From: Flavobacteriales bacterium UBA7690
GTDB lineage: Bacteria > Bacteroidota > Bacteroidia > Flavobacteriales_F > PHOS-HE28
DNA length: 57,632 nt
Assembly: GCA_002482775.1 (NCBI GenBank)
Contig: DLGQ01000045.1
Coordinates: forward strand, 33,242 to 90,873
Reading direction: 5' to 3'
Position 1 is the first letter of the stretch. The number at the start of each line of letters is the position of its first letter. Positions 9,745-18,585 of this stretch are shown in pieces. A program made the translations under genes and the position numbers. The notes below the pieces were generated by a model that saw only the letters and a program-made list of their open reading frames with translations, had not been told where the DNA came from and made no database searches.

Positions 9745-10461
9745 TTACTTGTGGGCGGTGTACAACGTAGCGATGCCGCCGGTAAGCGATCGTGCTTGGG
9801 GGCTCTTTCCACCTGCGGCGGTGAGCAGCCCAAGGAATTCCGTGCCCTGCGGGAAGGCATCCACGCTTTTCGGGAGGTAGGTGTATGCCGCGGCATCCTT
9901 GCTCACCATGCGGCCGATGAAGGGCATCACGTGGTGGAAGTAGAAGCGGAACAACTGCTTCATGGGGGCGCGTTGCGGCTTGGAGAATTCCAGGATGAAG
10001 AGCCGACCACCGGGTTTCAATACGCGCAGCATTTCGCGTAGGCCTTTGGAGAGGTCCTCGAAGTTGCGCACCCCGAATGCCACTGTCACCGCCTCGAACG
10101 TCGCATCAGCGAATGGCAGGGCGGTGGAATCAGCCTGTTGCAGGGTGATGCGTTGCGAAAGCCCGCGTTGCTCCACCTTGGTGCGGCCGTGCTTCAACAT
10201 GCCTTCCGAAATATCGATGCCTGTGATCCTTTCGGCCTTTGTCGCCGCCATGATCGCAAGGTCCGCAGTGCCGGTAGCCACATCCAGCAAGCGTTCCACG
10301 GGCTTCTCACCCACCATTCGGATCACTTTACGGCGCCATCCCTGATCGATGCCCAATGAGAAGAGCCGGTTCAGCAGGTCGTACTTCGGGCTTATCGCAT
10401 CGAACATCTGCTCCACCTGTTCGCGCTTGGAGCCATCGGAAGAGTAGGGGGTCACGGTCAT
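9745..10461 (-). CDS. ubiE: Demethylmenaquinone methyltransferase UbiE/MenG
   Basis: MFDAISPKYDLLNRLFSLGIDQGWR, LDVATGTAD, AFGVRNFE, LEFSKP, AYTYLPKSV. Confidence 0.95.
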   Translation of the reverse strand: MTVTPYSSDGSKREQVEQMFDAISPKYDLLNRLFSLGIDQGWRRKVIRMVGEKPVERLLDVATGTADLAIMAATKAERITGIDISEGMLKHGRTKVEQRGLSQRITLQQADSTALPFADATFEAVTVAFGVRNFEDLSKGLREMLRVLKPGGRLFILEFSKPQRAPMKQLFRFYFHHVMPFIGRMVSKDAAAYTYLPKSVDAFPQGTEFLGLLTAAGGKSPQARSLTGGIATLYTAHK

Positions 10462-11456
10462 GGCAGCAGATTCAGGCGCAACACTTCGCTGCGGAAACGT
10501 TCAATGTGGATGGGCGCTACACCCACCTCTTCGCAAACAAGGCCTCCTGCGAGGTTCGCTAACGAGGCGATGTGTGGCAAGGAAAGCCCTTGTGCCAGGG
10601 CGAGTGTCGCTACCGCGATCACGGTATCACCCGCGCCGCTCACATCCACGATCTTGCGTGGGTGCGCAGTTAGGTGATGCTCGTTGGATCCTTCATGGGC
10701 ATACACACCGTGCTCGCTCAACGTCACCATGGTGGCGGCGTTGCCGAGTTGCTGTTCCAGGATCCGCACAGCTGCGCGCACGGAAGCGATATCCGCAGCC
10801 TGTACATCCACTTTCAATCCTTCGCGCAATTCCTTCAGGTTCGGTTTGAACAGTGTAACACCGCGGTAGGCGAGGAAGTTCTTCAGTTTCGGATCCACCG
10901 CTACGGGTATACCCGCTTTGCGCGCCACGTTGATGATGGTCTCGATGGTGCGCTTGGTGAGCACGCCCTTGTTGTAATCCTCCAGCACGATGGCGGCAGG
11001 CTTGCGGTATTCGATCACCTCGGACACGCGCTTCAAGAGGGCGTCCTCATCGGCCTGGGAGAGATCATCCGTTTCCTCTTCATCCACCCGTACCACATGC
11101 TGGTGTCCGCTGATCACGCGTGTTTTCACCGTGGTGTGCCGTGTGGCGGAACGCACGAGACCTACGCTATCCAATGCGGAATCGAGGAAACACCGTGCGA
11201 GATCATCGCCCGCCTTGTCCTTGCCGATCGTGCTAACGACAACGGGAATGGCACCCAATGCGCGTAGGTTGAGCGCCACATTGGCCGCACCACCGAGGCG
11301 CGCACTGCGTTCGGTGACATGCACGACAGGGACCGGCGCTTCCGGCGAAATGCGATCCACACGGCCCCAGAGATAGGCGTCCAGCATCACATCGCCCACC
11401 ACCAGCACCGTGGTGTCCCATGCTTTTTGCAGGAACGTATCGATCGCTGTGCTCAT
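10458..11456 (-). CDS. rfaE1: D-glycero-beta-D-manno-heptose-7-phosphate kinase (RfaE domain I, kinase only)
   Basis: VVGDVMLDAYLWG, RISPEAPVPV, GGAANVA, KPNLKE, DVSGAGDTV; no nucleotidyltransferase domain. Confidence 0.9.
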   Translation of the reverse strand: MSTAIDTFLQKAWDTTVLVVGDVMLDAYLWGRVDRISPEAPVPVVHVTERSARLGGAANVALNLRALGAIPVVVSTIGKDKAGDDLARCFLDSALDSVGLVRSATRHTTVKTRVISGHQHVVRVDEEETDDLSQADEDALLKRVSEVIEYRKPAAIVLEDYNKGVLTKRTIETIINVARKAGIPVAVDPKLKNFLAYRGVTLFKPNLKELREGLKVDVQAADIASVRAAVRILEQQLGNAATMVTLSEHGVYAHEGSNEHHLTAHPRKIVDVSGAGDTVIAVATLALAQGLSLPHIASLANLAGGLVCEEVGVAPIHIERFRSEVLRLNLLP

Positions 11457-12637
11457 GCGCCTTTCAACTGGGCCACACCTTTGGCCACACGTGCCATGGC
11501 CTCGCTCAACTTGTCATCGCTGGTGGCGTAGCTGATGCGCAAGGTGCCTTCCGCGCCGAACGACTGACCTTCCACCAAGCTCACGCCCACGGTATCCAGC
11601 AAATAGAGGCTCAGGTCCACGGACCCTTTGATGGTCTTGCCATCGATGCACGAGCGCACATCGGGTAGCAGGTAGAACGCGCCTTGCGGAACGTTGCAGC
11701 GCCATCCGGGGATCTTCTTCAATGCAGCGATCACGAGGTCGCGTCGGCGGAGGAAGTCCACGCGCATGGCACCGAGCTGTGCGGGGTCGGCCTCCATGCA
11801 TGCTTTGGCCACGCGTTGCGCGATGGTGTTGGTGCCACTGGTGAACTGGCCCTGCACTTTCGTAGCTGCTTGCGCGATCCACAGTGGTGCCCCGATGAAG
11901 CCCAAGCGCCAGCCGGTGAGGGCGAACGCTTTGCTCAATCCGTTCACGGTGATGGTGCGTTCGGCCATGCCGGGCAATGCTGCGAAACTGCGATGTGCTC
12001 CATCGAACACGATGTGCTCGTAGATCTCGTCGGCCACCACGTACAGGTTCGGATACCGACGGACCACTTCGGCCAGCGCCTCCAACTCTTCACCACTCAG
12101 CACCGAACCGCTCGGGTTGCATGGCGAACTGAACATGATCAACCGTGTGCGCTCATTAACGGCAGCCGCAATGCGTTCGATCGGGGCTTTCCAATCCTCT
12201 TCCAGCGTGGAATGCACGATCACCGGCGTGCCACCAGCGAGCTTCACTTGTTCAGAATAGCTCACCCAGAACGGGGCAGGGATCACCACTTCGTCGCCCG
12301 GTCCGATCAGGCTCATCACCACGTTCATCAGCGCTTGTTTCGCGCCGGTGCTCACCACGATCTGGTCCGCGGTGTACCGCAGGCCATTGTCGCGTTCGAA
12401 CTTGTTCGCGATGGCTTGGCGTACATCCAGGTAGCCGTTCACGGGCGGATACTTGTGCCACGGCCCACGCAGGGCTTCGTGGGCGGCATCTAGCGCGAAG
12501 GCGGGCGGGTCGTGGTCGGGTTCGCCAAGGCTGAGGTCGATGATGTCGCGGCCTTGTGCGCGCAATTCGCGGCTTCGGCGGGCCATCAGCAGGGTGGCCG
12601 GTTCGGCGATCGCGGCAACGGTCGGGGAAACGTGCAT
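11453..12637 (-). CDS. aspC: Class I/II PLP-dependent aminotransferase (aspartate aminotransferase-like)
   Basis: LSLGEPD, GAKQAL, SPCNPSG, DEIYEH, NGLSKAFALTGWRLG, LRISYA. Confidence 0.88.
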   Translation of the reverse strand: MHVSPTVAAIAEPATLLMARRSRELRAQGRDIIDLSLGEPDHDPPAFALDAAHEALRGPWHKYPPVNGYLDVRQAIANKFERDNGLRYTADQIVVSTGAKQALMNVVMSLIGPGDEVVIPAPFWVSYSEQVKLAGGTPVIVHSTLEEDWKAPIERIAAAVNERTRLIMFSSPCNPSGSVLSGEELEALAEVVRRYPNLYVVADEIYEHIVFDGAHRSFAALPGMAERTITVNGLSKAFALTGWRLGFIGAPLWIAQAATKVQGQFTSGTNTIAQRVAKACMEADPAQLGAMRVDFLRRRDLVIAALKKIPGWRCNVPQGAFYLLPDVRSCIDGKTIKGSVDLSLYLLDTVGVSLVEGQSFGAEGTLRISYATSDDKLSEAMARVAKGVAQLKGA

Positions 12638-12696
12638 GTTCGGTGTACTTCGCGGAACCTTGCGCCGTTGTTAAGGAACGGCGGTCCCAGAGGCGG

Positions 12697-12704
12697 CAAA
12701 ACTA
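12697..12704 (-). promoter_or_regulatory. -7 promoter element (TAGTTTTG) for the aspC-rfaE1-ubiE operon
   Basis: Perfect TAnnTTTG about 60 nt upstream of the aspC start. Confidence 0.6.
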
Positions 12705-12774
12705 CACAAGCTGGACGGGGCGTCCGGCCGCAAGCGCTCGTCTATGCCGATATTCGTCCACCGCTTTATCAACC

Positions 12775-13299
12775 ATGAACGACCCCCTTGTACAGATCCT
12801 GGTAGCCGTACTGCCCTCCATCGTGGTGTTCCTCACGGCATTCTACCTGATCAAACAGATGGTTTCCGCGCAAGCGTCCGCCCGCATCAGCGAGGTGCGC
12901 AAGGATGACCACAGACACACGCTTCCGCTGCGCCTTCAGGCCTACGAGCGGTTGGCGCTGTTCGCGGAACGGATCTCGCCGGGTGCTTTGGTGCTGCGTG
13001 TACACAAGGGAAGCATGAGTTCGCGGATGTTCCATGCCGAGCTCGTGGCCACGGTACGGGAGGAGTTCGAGCACAACGTGACGCAGCAGATCTACGTGAG
13101 CGACAAAGCGTGGGGCAAGGTGAAGCAGGCCAAGGAGGAGACCATCCGACTGATCAACCTCAGCTACGAGCAGACCGGTGATACGCCTTCCGGTACGGAG
13201 CTCAGCCGCCACATCTTCGAGAACCTCACGCGCCTTTCGCACACACCTTCGCAGGAGTGCCTTGTAGTGATCAAGGAAGACGTCAGGCGTCTTTTCTGA
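12775..13299 (+). CDS. Conserved Bacteroidota hypothetical membrane-anchored protein
   Basis: N-terminal hydrophobic helix followed by LPLRLQAYERLALFAERISP...EEFEHNVTQQIYVS; ATG at 12775. Confidence 0.8.
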   Translation: MNDPLVQILVAVLPSIVVFLTAFYLIKQMVSAQASARISEVRKDDHRHTLPLRLQAYERLALFAERISPGALVLRVHKGSMSSRMFHAELVATVREEFEHNVTQQIYVSDKAWGKVKQAKEETIRLINLSYEQTGDTPSGTELSRHIFENLTRLSHTPSQECLVVIKEDVRRLF

Positions 13300-14272
13300 G
13301 CAGTTCCAGTATCCGGTTGGCCGCATCGAAGGGGCCACGTGTTCCGCTGCGGACCTCGCTTTCCATGGTCGCCAATGCAGCTGCGCTCGTAGGTGCTTGC
13401 AGGAAACGTTCGAGCAACCCTTCACGGATGGCGTGGTGCATCCAGCGTACGTTCTGGTGTTGACGCCGATGTTCGAAGTACCCGCTCGCCACGTCTTTTT
13501 CGTGCAGGGTTAGAACGTGCTGCCAAAGTTCATGGATGCCTTTACCGGTGAGCGCATCGGTCAACAACACATCCGGGTGTCGCCCGCTGTCCCGAGCGGG
13601 AAGGAAGGCGATCGCGTTCTTCAAACCGTTGCGTGTGTGGGTGTGGTCCGCTCCACCCGCACCCTCGGCTTTGGTCAGCACGATCACATCGGCGCTTTCC
13701 ATGATGCCGCGTTTGATGCCTTGCAGTTCATCGCCCGCGCCGGGGATCATCAGCAGCAGGTTCAGATCGGCCATATCGTCCACCTCCAACTCGCTTTGGC
13801 CCACACCCACGGTCTCGATCAGGACAAGATCGAAACCTGCAGCAGCGCACAGCAGTGCGGTTTCACGGGTGCGACGAGCCACACCACCGAGGTGCCCAGC
13901 ACTTGCAGTTGGGCGTATGAACGCCTGTTCAGAGCGGGAGAGCAGCTCCATGCGCGTTTTATCGCCGAGAATGCTGCCGTGGGAGCGGAGACTGCTGGGG
14001 TCGGTGGCCAGCACGGCGACACGTCTGCCATCGTGGATCGCCGCACGGCCCAAGGCATCGATCAATGTGCTCTTGCCCACACCGGGAATGCCGGTGATAC
14101 CTAGGCGCAATGCAGTTCCGGAATGTGGTTGGGACAGTTCCACGAGCTCACCAGCCTTCAAGCGGTCTTCCGCCCGGGTGCTCTCGATCAGTGTGATCGC
14201 ACGCCCCAACGCCACTCTGTCGCCTGCACGCGCTGCGTGGAAGAGTTGCGCGGCATCCGTACCACGTTCCAT
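13283..14272 (-). CDS. meaB: Methylmalonyl-CoA mutase-associated GTPase MeaB
   Basis: GITGIPGVGKST, DPSS, GSILGDKTRM, ETVGVGQSE, GDELQGIKRGIME. Confidence 0.95.
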   Translation of the reverse strand: MERGTDAAQLFHAARAGDRVALGRAITLIESTRAEDRLKAGELVELSQPHSGTALRLGITGIPGVGKSTLIDALGRAAIHDGRRVAVLATDPSSLRSHGSILGDKTRMELLSRSEQAFIRPTASAGHLGGVARRTRETALLCAAAGFDLVLIETVGVGQSELEVDDMADLNLLLMIPGAGDELQGIKRGIMESADVIVLTKAEGAGGADHTHTRNGLKNAIAFLPARDSGRHPDVLLTDALTGKGIHELWQHVLTLHEKDVASGYFEHRRQHQNVRWMHHAIREGLLERFLQAPTSAAALATMESEVRSGTRGPFDAANRILELLRKDA

Positions 14273-14278
14273 GCGCCG

Positions 14279-14857
14279 TTAGTAGCCTTTGCGGTAGTTG
14301 TCCACCCAAGCGCTGTCGCCCACATCGCGCAACAGGCGGAAGGCGTTCTCGCCCCGGGCGATATCGGTGAGGTGAAGCATACCGTAATCCGTTAGCAGCA
14401 GCAGTTGTCGGGCCGATGGAGCTTCACGCTTCTCCGCCCAACCCTTTCCAGGATGCTGGCCTTCCACGAGGCGGAAAGGATACTCCCAGAATCGGATCTT
14501 CCACAGATCATCGAACACGGGGCAATCTTGAAGATACCTGCCGATGGTATCCGGGCCATCGGGAATGCACATCTTCACTTCATACTTGCGGAACAGGTTC
14601 TCTTGCCCGGGATTCGCAGGGCTGGGCACGATGCCTTGGGCTTGCAGAACGAACTGTTCTCGGGTGATGGGATCGCTCTGGATCACCTTTCCTTCGAACT
14701 CCTTCACGATGAAAAGCGTGTAGAGCTGGTTGTTGAGCCCCGTGTTGAGGCTGACCCCGAACATACGGACGGCGAACGGGGCAGGGGTGAGGCCGTGCCC
14801 CACCGGCACACCGGCGCAGGCAAGGGTGAAGAAGAAAGCTCGGAGCAGGAGGCGCAT
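14279..14857 (-). CDS. Hypothetical exported protein
   Basis: 192-aa ORF with a signal-peptide-like N-terminus and an upstream TATCTTAG box (14874-14881); no family recognised. Confidence 0.7.
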   Translation of the reverse strand: MRLLLRAFFFTLACAGVPVGHGLTPAPFAVRMFGVSLNTGLNNQLYTLFIVKEFEGKVIQSDPITREQFVLQAQGIVPSPANPGQENLFRKYEVKMCIPDGPDTIGRYLQDCPVFDDLWKIRFWEYPFRLVEGQHPGKGWAEKREAPSARQLLLLTDYGMLHLTDIARGENAFRLLRDVGDSAWVDNYRKGY

Positions 14858-14898
14858 GCCGTGAAGCGTTGCGCTAAGATACCGGATCCGCTCCAGCG

Positions 14899-17800
14899 TT
14901 AGTGTTTCACGAAGTGGGCGGAACGGGTCACAAGGCCTCGGGAGTCGTTCACCAACAGCGTGTAGCTACCCACTGCAAGACGCTCCAGCGGTATGTCTAT
15001 AAGCATGTTGCCCTTGGTGGCGTGGTACAGGTCCTGTTCGATCAAGCGGCCCTGTGCATCGATCACGCGCCAGATGATGGCATCCTCTTCCGGCATTTCG
15101 AAGGAAGCCCAAAGGATGTTCCCGGCCGGGTTCGGGAAAACGACGATATCGGTGATGCTCTTGCGGTAGACCACATGATCGGCAGGGCTGTTCTCTGCGG
15201 TTCCGTCCAGATCCACCTGCCGCACCCTGTAATAATTCAGGCCTTCAACGGGGCGCTCATCCAAGAAGAAGTAATTGGTGAGGGACGCAGAAGTGCCCAT
15301 CGCCTGTACCGTGCCGATCTCCGCATAGGCCATGGCATCAGTGGAGCGTTCCACCACGAAGTGGCTCGTATTGGTTTCCGCTCCAGTGGACCATCGCACT
15401 TCCACCGCATCGCCGTTCAACTCGGCCTCTAGACCTAGCAGTTCTGCAGGCAATAATGAACAATCCAGCGATGCACCGCCGGTAAGTTGCCACTCGAGCG
15501 TGAAGGCTGTATTCGGTTGCGCATCGCTGAAGTTGCTGATGTACAGCGAATAGACCTGCCCTGCGCTCACAGAAAGCGCAGAACTGAAGCGTTGTGCGGA
15601 GGCTCCATCCTCCACAGCATTGCTGGCCGAAGTGCTCAAGCCGGTAGCCCCGTTCGGGTAGGCATAGTTGCACCGGACAGGTTGTTGATCCGGTTTGCAT
15701 ACCACCGAGGTGGTCGGCCCCCACACCGCGAAATCGTAATCCACGTTCGCCGAAGGTGTGATGGTGAAGGCCAAGGTTCCCGCGCTGGACGGGGAGAAGT
15801 GGTACCACGTGCCTCTCTTTTCCGCAGTCCCCAAACATCCTTGGTTGCGTGCGGTAAGATCCATATCGAATCCCGTGTCCAACGTGCTGTTGGAGAAGGA
15901 CTCCGCGCTACAGATGGAACGCCCCCCGCGGCAATCTTCGATGGGTGCATCCGGCGGTTGGCAGTCCACGGCCTCCACCAAGGACAACCCTGCTGCCGGG
16001 TTCGGGCCTTGACGAAGGACGCCCCAGCCGCCCGGTACCTGCCGTATCTGGTACCGGTTCTGGCCTTGGTTGCCGCCGGTGTTCACGTAGGTCACTTGAA
16101 ATACGTCCCCACTGTTCAGGCCGATCATCCGGCATTCGTAGAAATCCGATGAAGCCACGGTGGTGTTCACCACGGCTGCACTGTTCACCTGGGTCTGTAC
16201 GGCACTGGTTCCCCATCCGTTCTCCCCGGAATCCCAGAGTTCCAAGAAGTAGACACACGATCCACTGGGTAATGCCGGGCTCCAGATGCAGAGGTTGAAG
16301 GTGCCCGAGTTCGTTCCGGAACCCCAGTAGCGCAGGTAGTAGGTGTCGCCCGGGGTCAGGTCCGTGAAGCGCAAGAATGGCATTGCTCCCAGGCCTTCAT
16401 CAGCGCTGCACTGCACGAGTTTCAAACCAGCGGCCGTACAGGTGGTCCCGCTGTATAGCGCCATGGACCCGTCCGTAAGCGTTCCGCTTGTGCTCTCGAT
16501 GATGGCGACACCCGATGTGGGTGCAGTGAACTGGTACCATACATCCACCGACCCGGCGTTAAGTGTGCCGCACCCTGGTTCTTCCACACCGGCGGAAAGC
16601 GTTGCGAACGAATTGGTACGACTGGTCATGCTGCAGCTCGAGCCTACGGTGATGGCAATTGCTCCGCAGGGTTCATCGTTCACGGGCGGTTCCAGCGCAC
16701 AGATGTTGAATTGGCCGAAGGTGCTGTTCCCATTGGCCCAGACGCGCACATAATAGGTGGTACTGGGGGTGAGCCCGGAAGCCGTGATCTGGGGCATGTT
16801 GCCCGATGAGCCATTGTCGTTGCAGGCGATCTCGGTCTTGGCCCCTCCGCACGATGCCGCCGAGTAAAGGGCCATTGCAGCGTTGGTCAACGAACTTCCA
16901 CTGATGGTGCTGGTGGTAAGGATAATTCGCCCGGATGCGGGTGCTGTGACACGGAACCAGACATCGTTGCCGAGGTAGTTCCCGCAGGATGGCGTTGCTA
17001 CTCCGGTGGTATTCGTAGAGCCGCCGGTCGTGGAGGTCGTCGTGGTACAGGAAGTACCCACGGTCAGTGTCGTTCCTGCGCAGGGATCGTCGTGTGCGGC
17101 TGCCGCCGGCGTGGTCACACAAATATTGAAGGCACCGAATGCATTGTTCCCATACTCCCAGAACCGGATGTAATAGCGCGTTCCCGAGGTGAGGCCGGAC
17201 AATGCGAGATAGGGCATGGTGCCACCCGAAGGGGAGTCGTCGTTGCAATCCAATTCGGTGAATGCACTGGAACAGGTGCTGGCGGCGTAAACGGCCATCG
17301 CGCCATCGGTCAACGAACTTCCGGAAACCGTGCTGGTAGTGATGGCCACTTGGCCGGAAGCAGGTGCCAAGAAGGAGTACCACACGTCGCCGCCGGCATA
17401 GTTGGAGCAAGAGGGCGATGCAACACCTGTGGTTGAAGTAGCCCCGTTGTTGGTTCCGGTGGTATTGCTACAAGTGGCGGCCACGGTCAGGGGAGTAGCC
17501 GTGCAGCGGTCGTCGTTCAGCGAGCAGGTGATCCATACCGGCGCACAGGTCCCGTTCGTATTGCAGTTCTGCCGATCCACCAATACTCTGACCTGGCCGG
17601 TGTAGGTGGCGGTCCACTGCACCGTAGAGCGGTTTCCATTGCACCCGTCATCGTTGAATGCCAAGTTGGTGGTCCCAGTGCCATTGTACAGCGTGATCAA
17701 GGTGTTCCAACTGGCGCCACAGGTGCTGAACGTGTAGATGTTGCCCGAGGTGACGTTGACACGAACGTACTCCCCACCTTCCACACAACCACCGGAGACG

Positions 17801-17931
17801 CTCCCCGGGCAGCTTACGCTCACCACCGAGCCCACCACGGTATTGTTGTTCGGGCATTGTCCCCAGGTGGTAGGCGCAATGTGCAACAAGACCGCTGTCC
17901 AGAGCGTACGGGAGAACAACAAGGTGCGCAT
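14899..17931 (-). CDS. T9SS type A cargo protein (1010 aa): ND-x-x-C repeat modules, Cys-rich core, Ig-like domain, CTD
   Basis: Signal peptide ending WG/Q; repeats with DVWY/F and CNDD; VERSTD...NYYRVRQVDLDG; CTD VFPNPA...GSYTLLV...HFVKH. Confidence 0.9.
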   Translation of the reverse strand: MRTLLFSRTLWTAVLLHIAPTTWGQCPNNNTVVGSVVSVSCPGSVSGGCVEGGEYVRVNVTSGNIYTFSTCGASWNTLITLYNGTGTTNLAFNDDGCNGNRSTVQWTATYTGQVRVLVDRQNCNTNGTCAPVWITCSLNDDRCTATPLTVAATCSNTTGTNNGATSTTGVASPSCSNYAGGDVWYSFLAPASGQVAITTSTVSGSSLTDGAMAVYAASTCSSAFTELDCNDDSPSGGTMPYLALSGLTSGTRYYIRFWEYGNNAFGAFNICVTTPAAAAHDDPCAGTTLTVGTSCTTTTSTTGGSTNTTGVATPSCGNYLGNDVWFRVTAPASGRIILTTSTISGSSLTNAAMALYSAASCGGAKTEIACNDNGSSGNMPQITASGLTPSTTYYVRVWANGNSTFGQFNICALEPPVNDEPCGAIAITVGSSCSMTSRTNSFATLSAGVEEPGCGTLNAGSVDVWYQFTAPTSGVAIIESTSGTLTDGSMALYSGTTCTAAGLKLVQCSADEGLGAMPFLRFTDLTPGDTYYLRYWGSGTNSGTFNLCIWSPALPSGSCVYFLELWDSGENGWGTSAVQTQVNSAAVVNTTVASSDFYECRMIGLNSGDVFQVTYVNTGGNQGQNRYQIRQVPGGWGVLRQGPNPAAGLSLVEAVDCQPPDAPIEDCRGGRSICSAESFSNSTLDTGFDMDLTARNQGCLGTAEKRGTWYHFSPSSAGTLAFTITPSANVDYDFAVWGPTTSVVCKPDQQPVRCNYAYPNGATGLSTSASNAVEDGASAQRFSSALSVSAGQVYSLYISNFSDAQPNTAFTLEWQLTGGASLDCSLLPAELLGLEAELNGDAVEVRWSTGAETNTSHFVVERSTDAMAYAEIGTVQAMGTSASLTNYFFLDERPVEGLNYYRVRQVDLDGTAENSPADHVVYRKSITDIVVFPNPAGNILWASFEMPEEDAIIWRVIDAQGRLIEQDLYHATKGNMLIDIPLERLAVGSYTLLVNDSRGLVTRSAHFVKH

Positions 17932-17934
17932 GGA

Positions 17935-18438
17935 CTACTCGTGGGAACTGTCCCGCTGTTGTTCTCGAGGGGCGGTCAGGATGCCATATTCCACCGGATG
18001 TGCAGCGATCCACGCGGCCTTGAAGGCATCATACCGCTGGTTATCCCGAACGCGATCACCGGTATCGACATAGCGTGGTGGATCGTCCTGCACGGGTCGG
18101 TCGTCCCAGCCAGCCGTTAAGATCGGCTCCTGACCAACTTCCGTGAAGTCCAACAACTCCATCTGCCTGCGCTCGAACATCATGTTGCATTCGAAGCGGC
18201 TTAAGTGGTTCACCGTCTTGTAGCTGAGAACGCCTTCCTGCGCGTCCATTACCAGTTCCGCTGCCGGATCGTGCTGCATCAGGTCGTGGGCCACCAATTT
18301 CTGTTGCTCGCTACTTATGGGAACGGCTACCCGGATCTGGAAGTGATGGACCCGTTGGGCTAACGCCACCAAGGACCAAGAGCAGAGCAGCATGGTCAGG
18401 AACGTTCTACCGGTCACCCGAACGGGAGAGATGCACAT
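17935..18438 (-). CDS. Small exported hypothetical protein (partner family A)
   Basis: Signal peptide ALA/Q; C-terminal PRYVDTGD...YDAFKAAWIAAHPVEY motif shared with 41830..42354; stop 3 nt before the next start. Confidence 0.8.
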   Translation of the reverse strand: MCISPVRVTGRTFLTMLLCSWSLVALAQRVHHFQIRVAVPISSEQQKLVAHDLMQHDPAAELVMDAQEGVLSYKTVNHLSRFECNMMFERRQMELLDFTEVGQEPILTAGWDDRPVQDDPPRYVDTGDRVRDNQRYDAFKAAWIAAHPVEYGILTAPREQQRDSSHE

Positions 18439-18442
18439 GCGG

Positions 18443-18450
18443 CGAAAATA
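18443..18450 (-). promoter_or_regulatory. -7 promoter element (TATTTTCG) 4 nt before ATG 18438
   Basis: Minus strand TATTTTCG-CCGC-ATG. Confidence 0.55.
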
Positions 18451-18538
18451 TTCGACAGCCTATGCTTGGCTCCGCCCTGATCCACGCTTGTCTCAACACC
18501 ACTGGGTGGACAACGCAACTTCGGCTGACCTGGAACGA

Positions 18539-18568
18539 GAACGGCCATCCCGCAAAGGATGGCCGTTC
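18539..18568 (-). terminator. Probable intrinsic terminator after the 1.6-kaa T9SS gene
   Basis: 12-bp perfect stem GAACGGCCATCC/GGATGGCCGTTC with a 6-nt loop; weak U tail. Confidence 0.65.
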
Positions 18569-18585
18569 CAAAGTGCTCGGCTCTA

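Noticed and set aside
10458-11456. Kinase-only HldE as a truncated pseudogene
   Set aside because: Split kinase and nucleotidyltransferase genes are a known normal arrangement; the ORF is intact and overlaps both neighbours.
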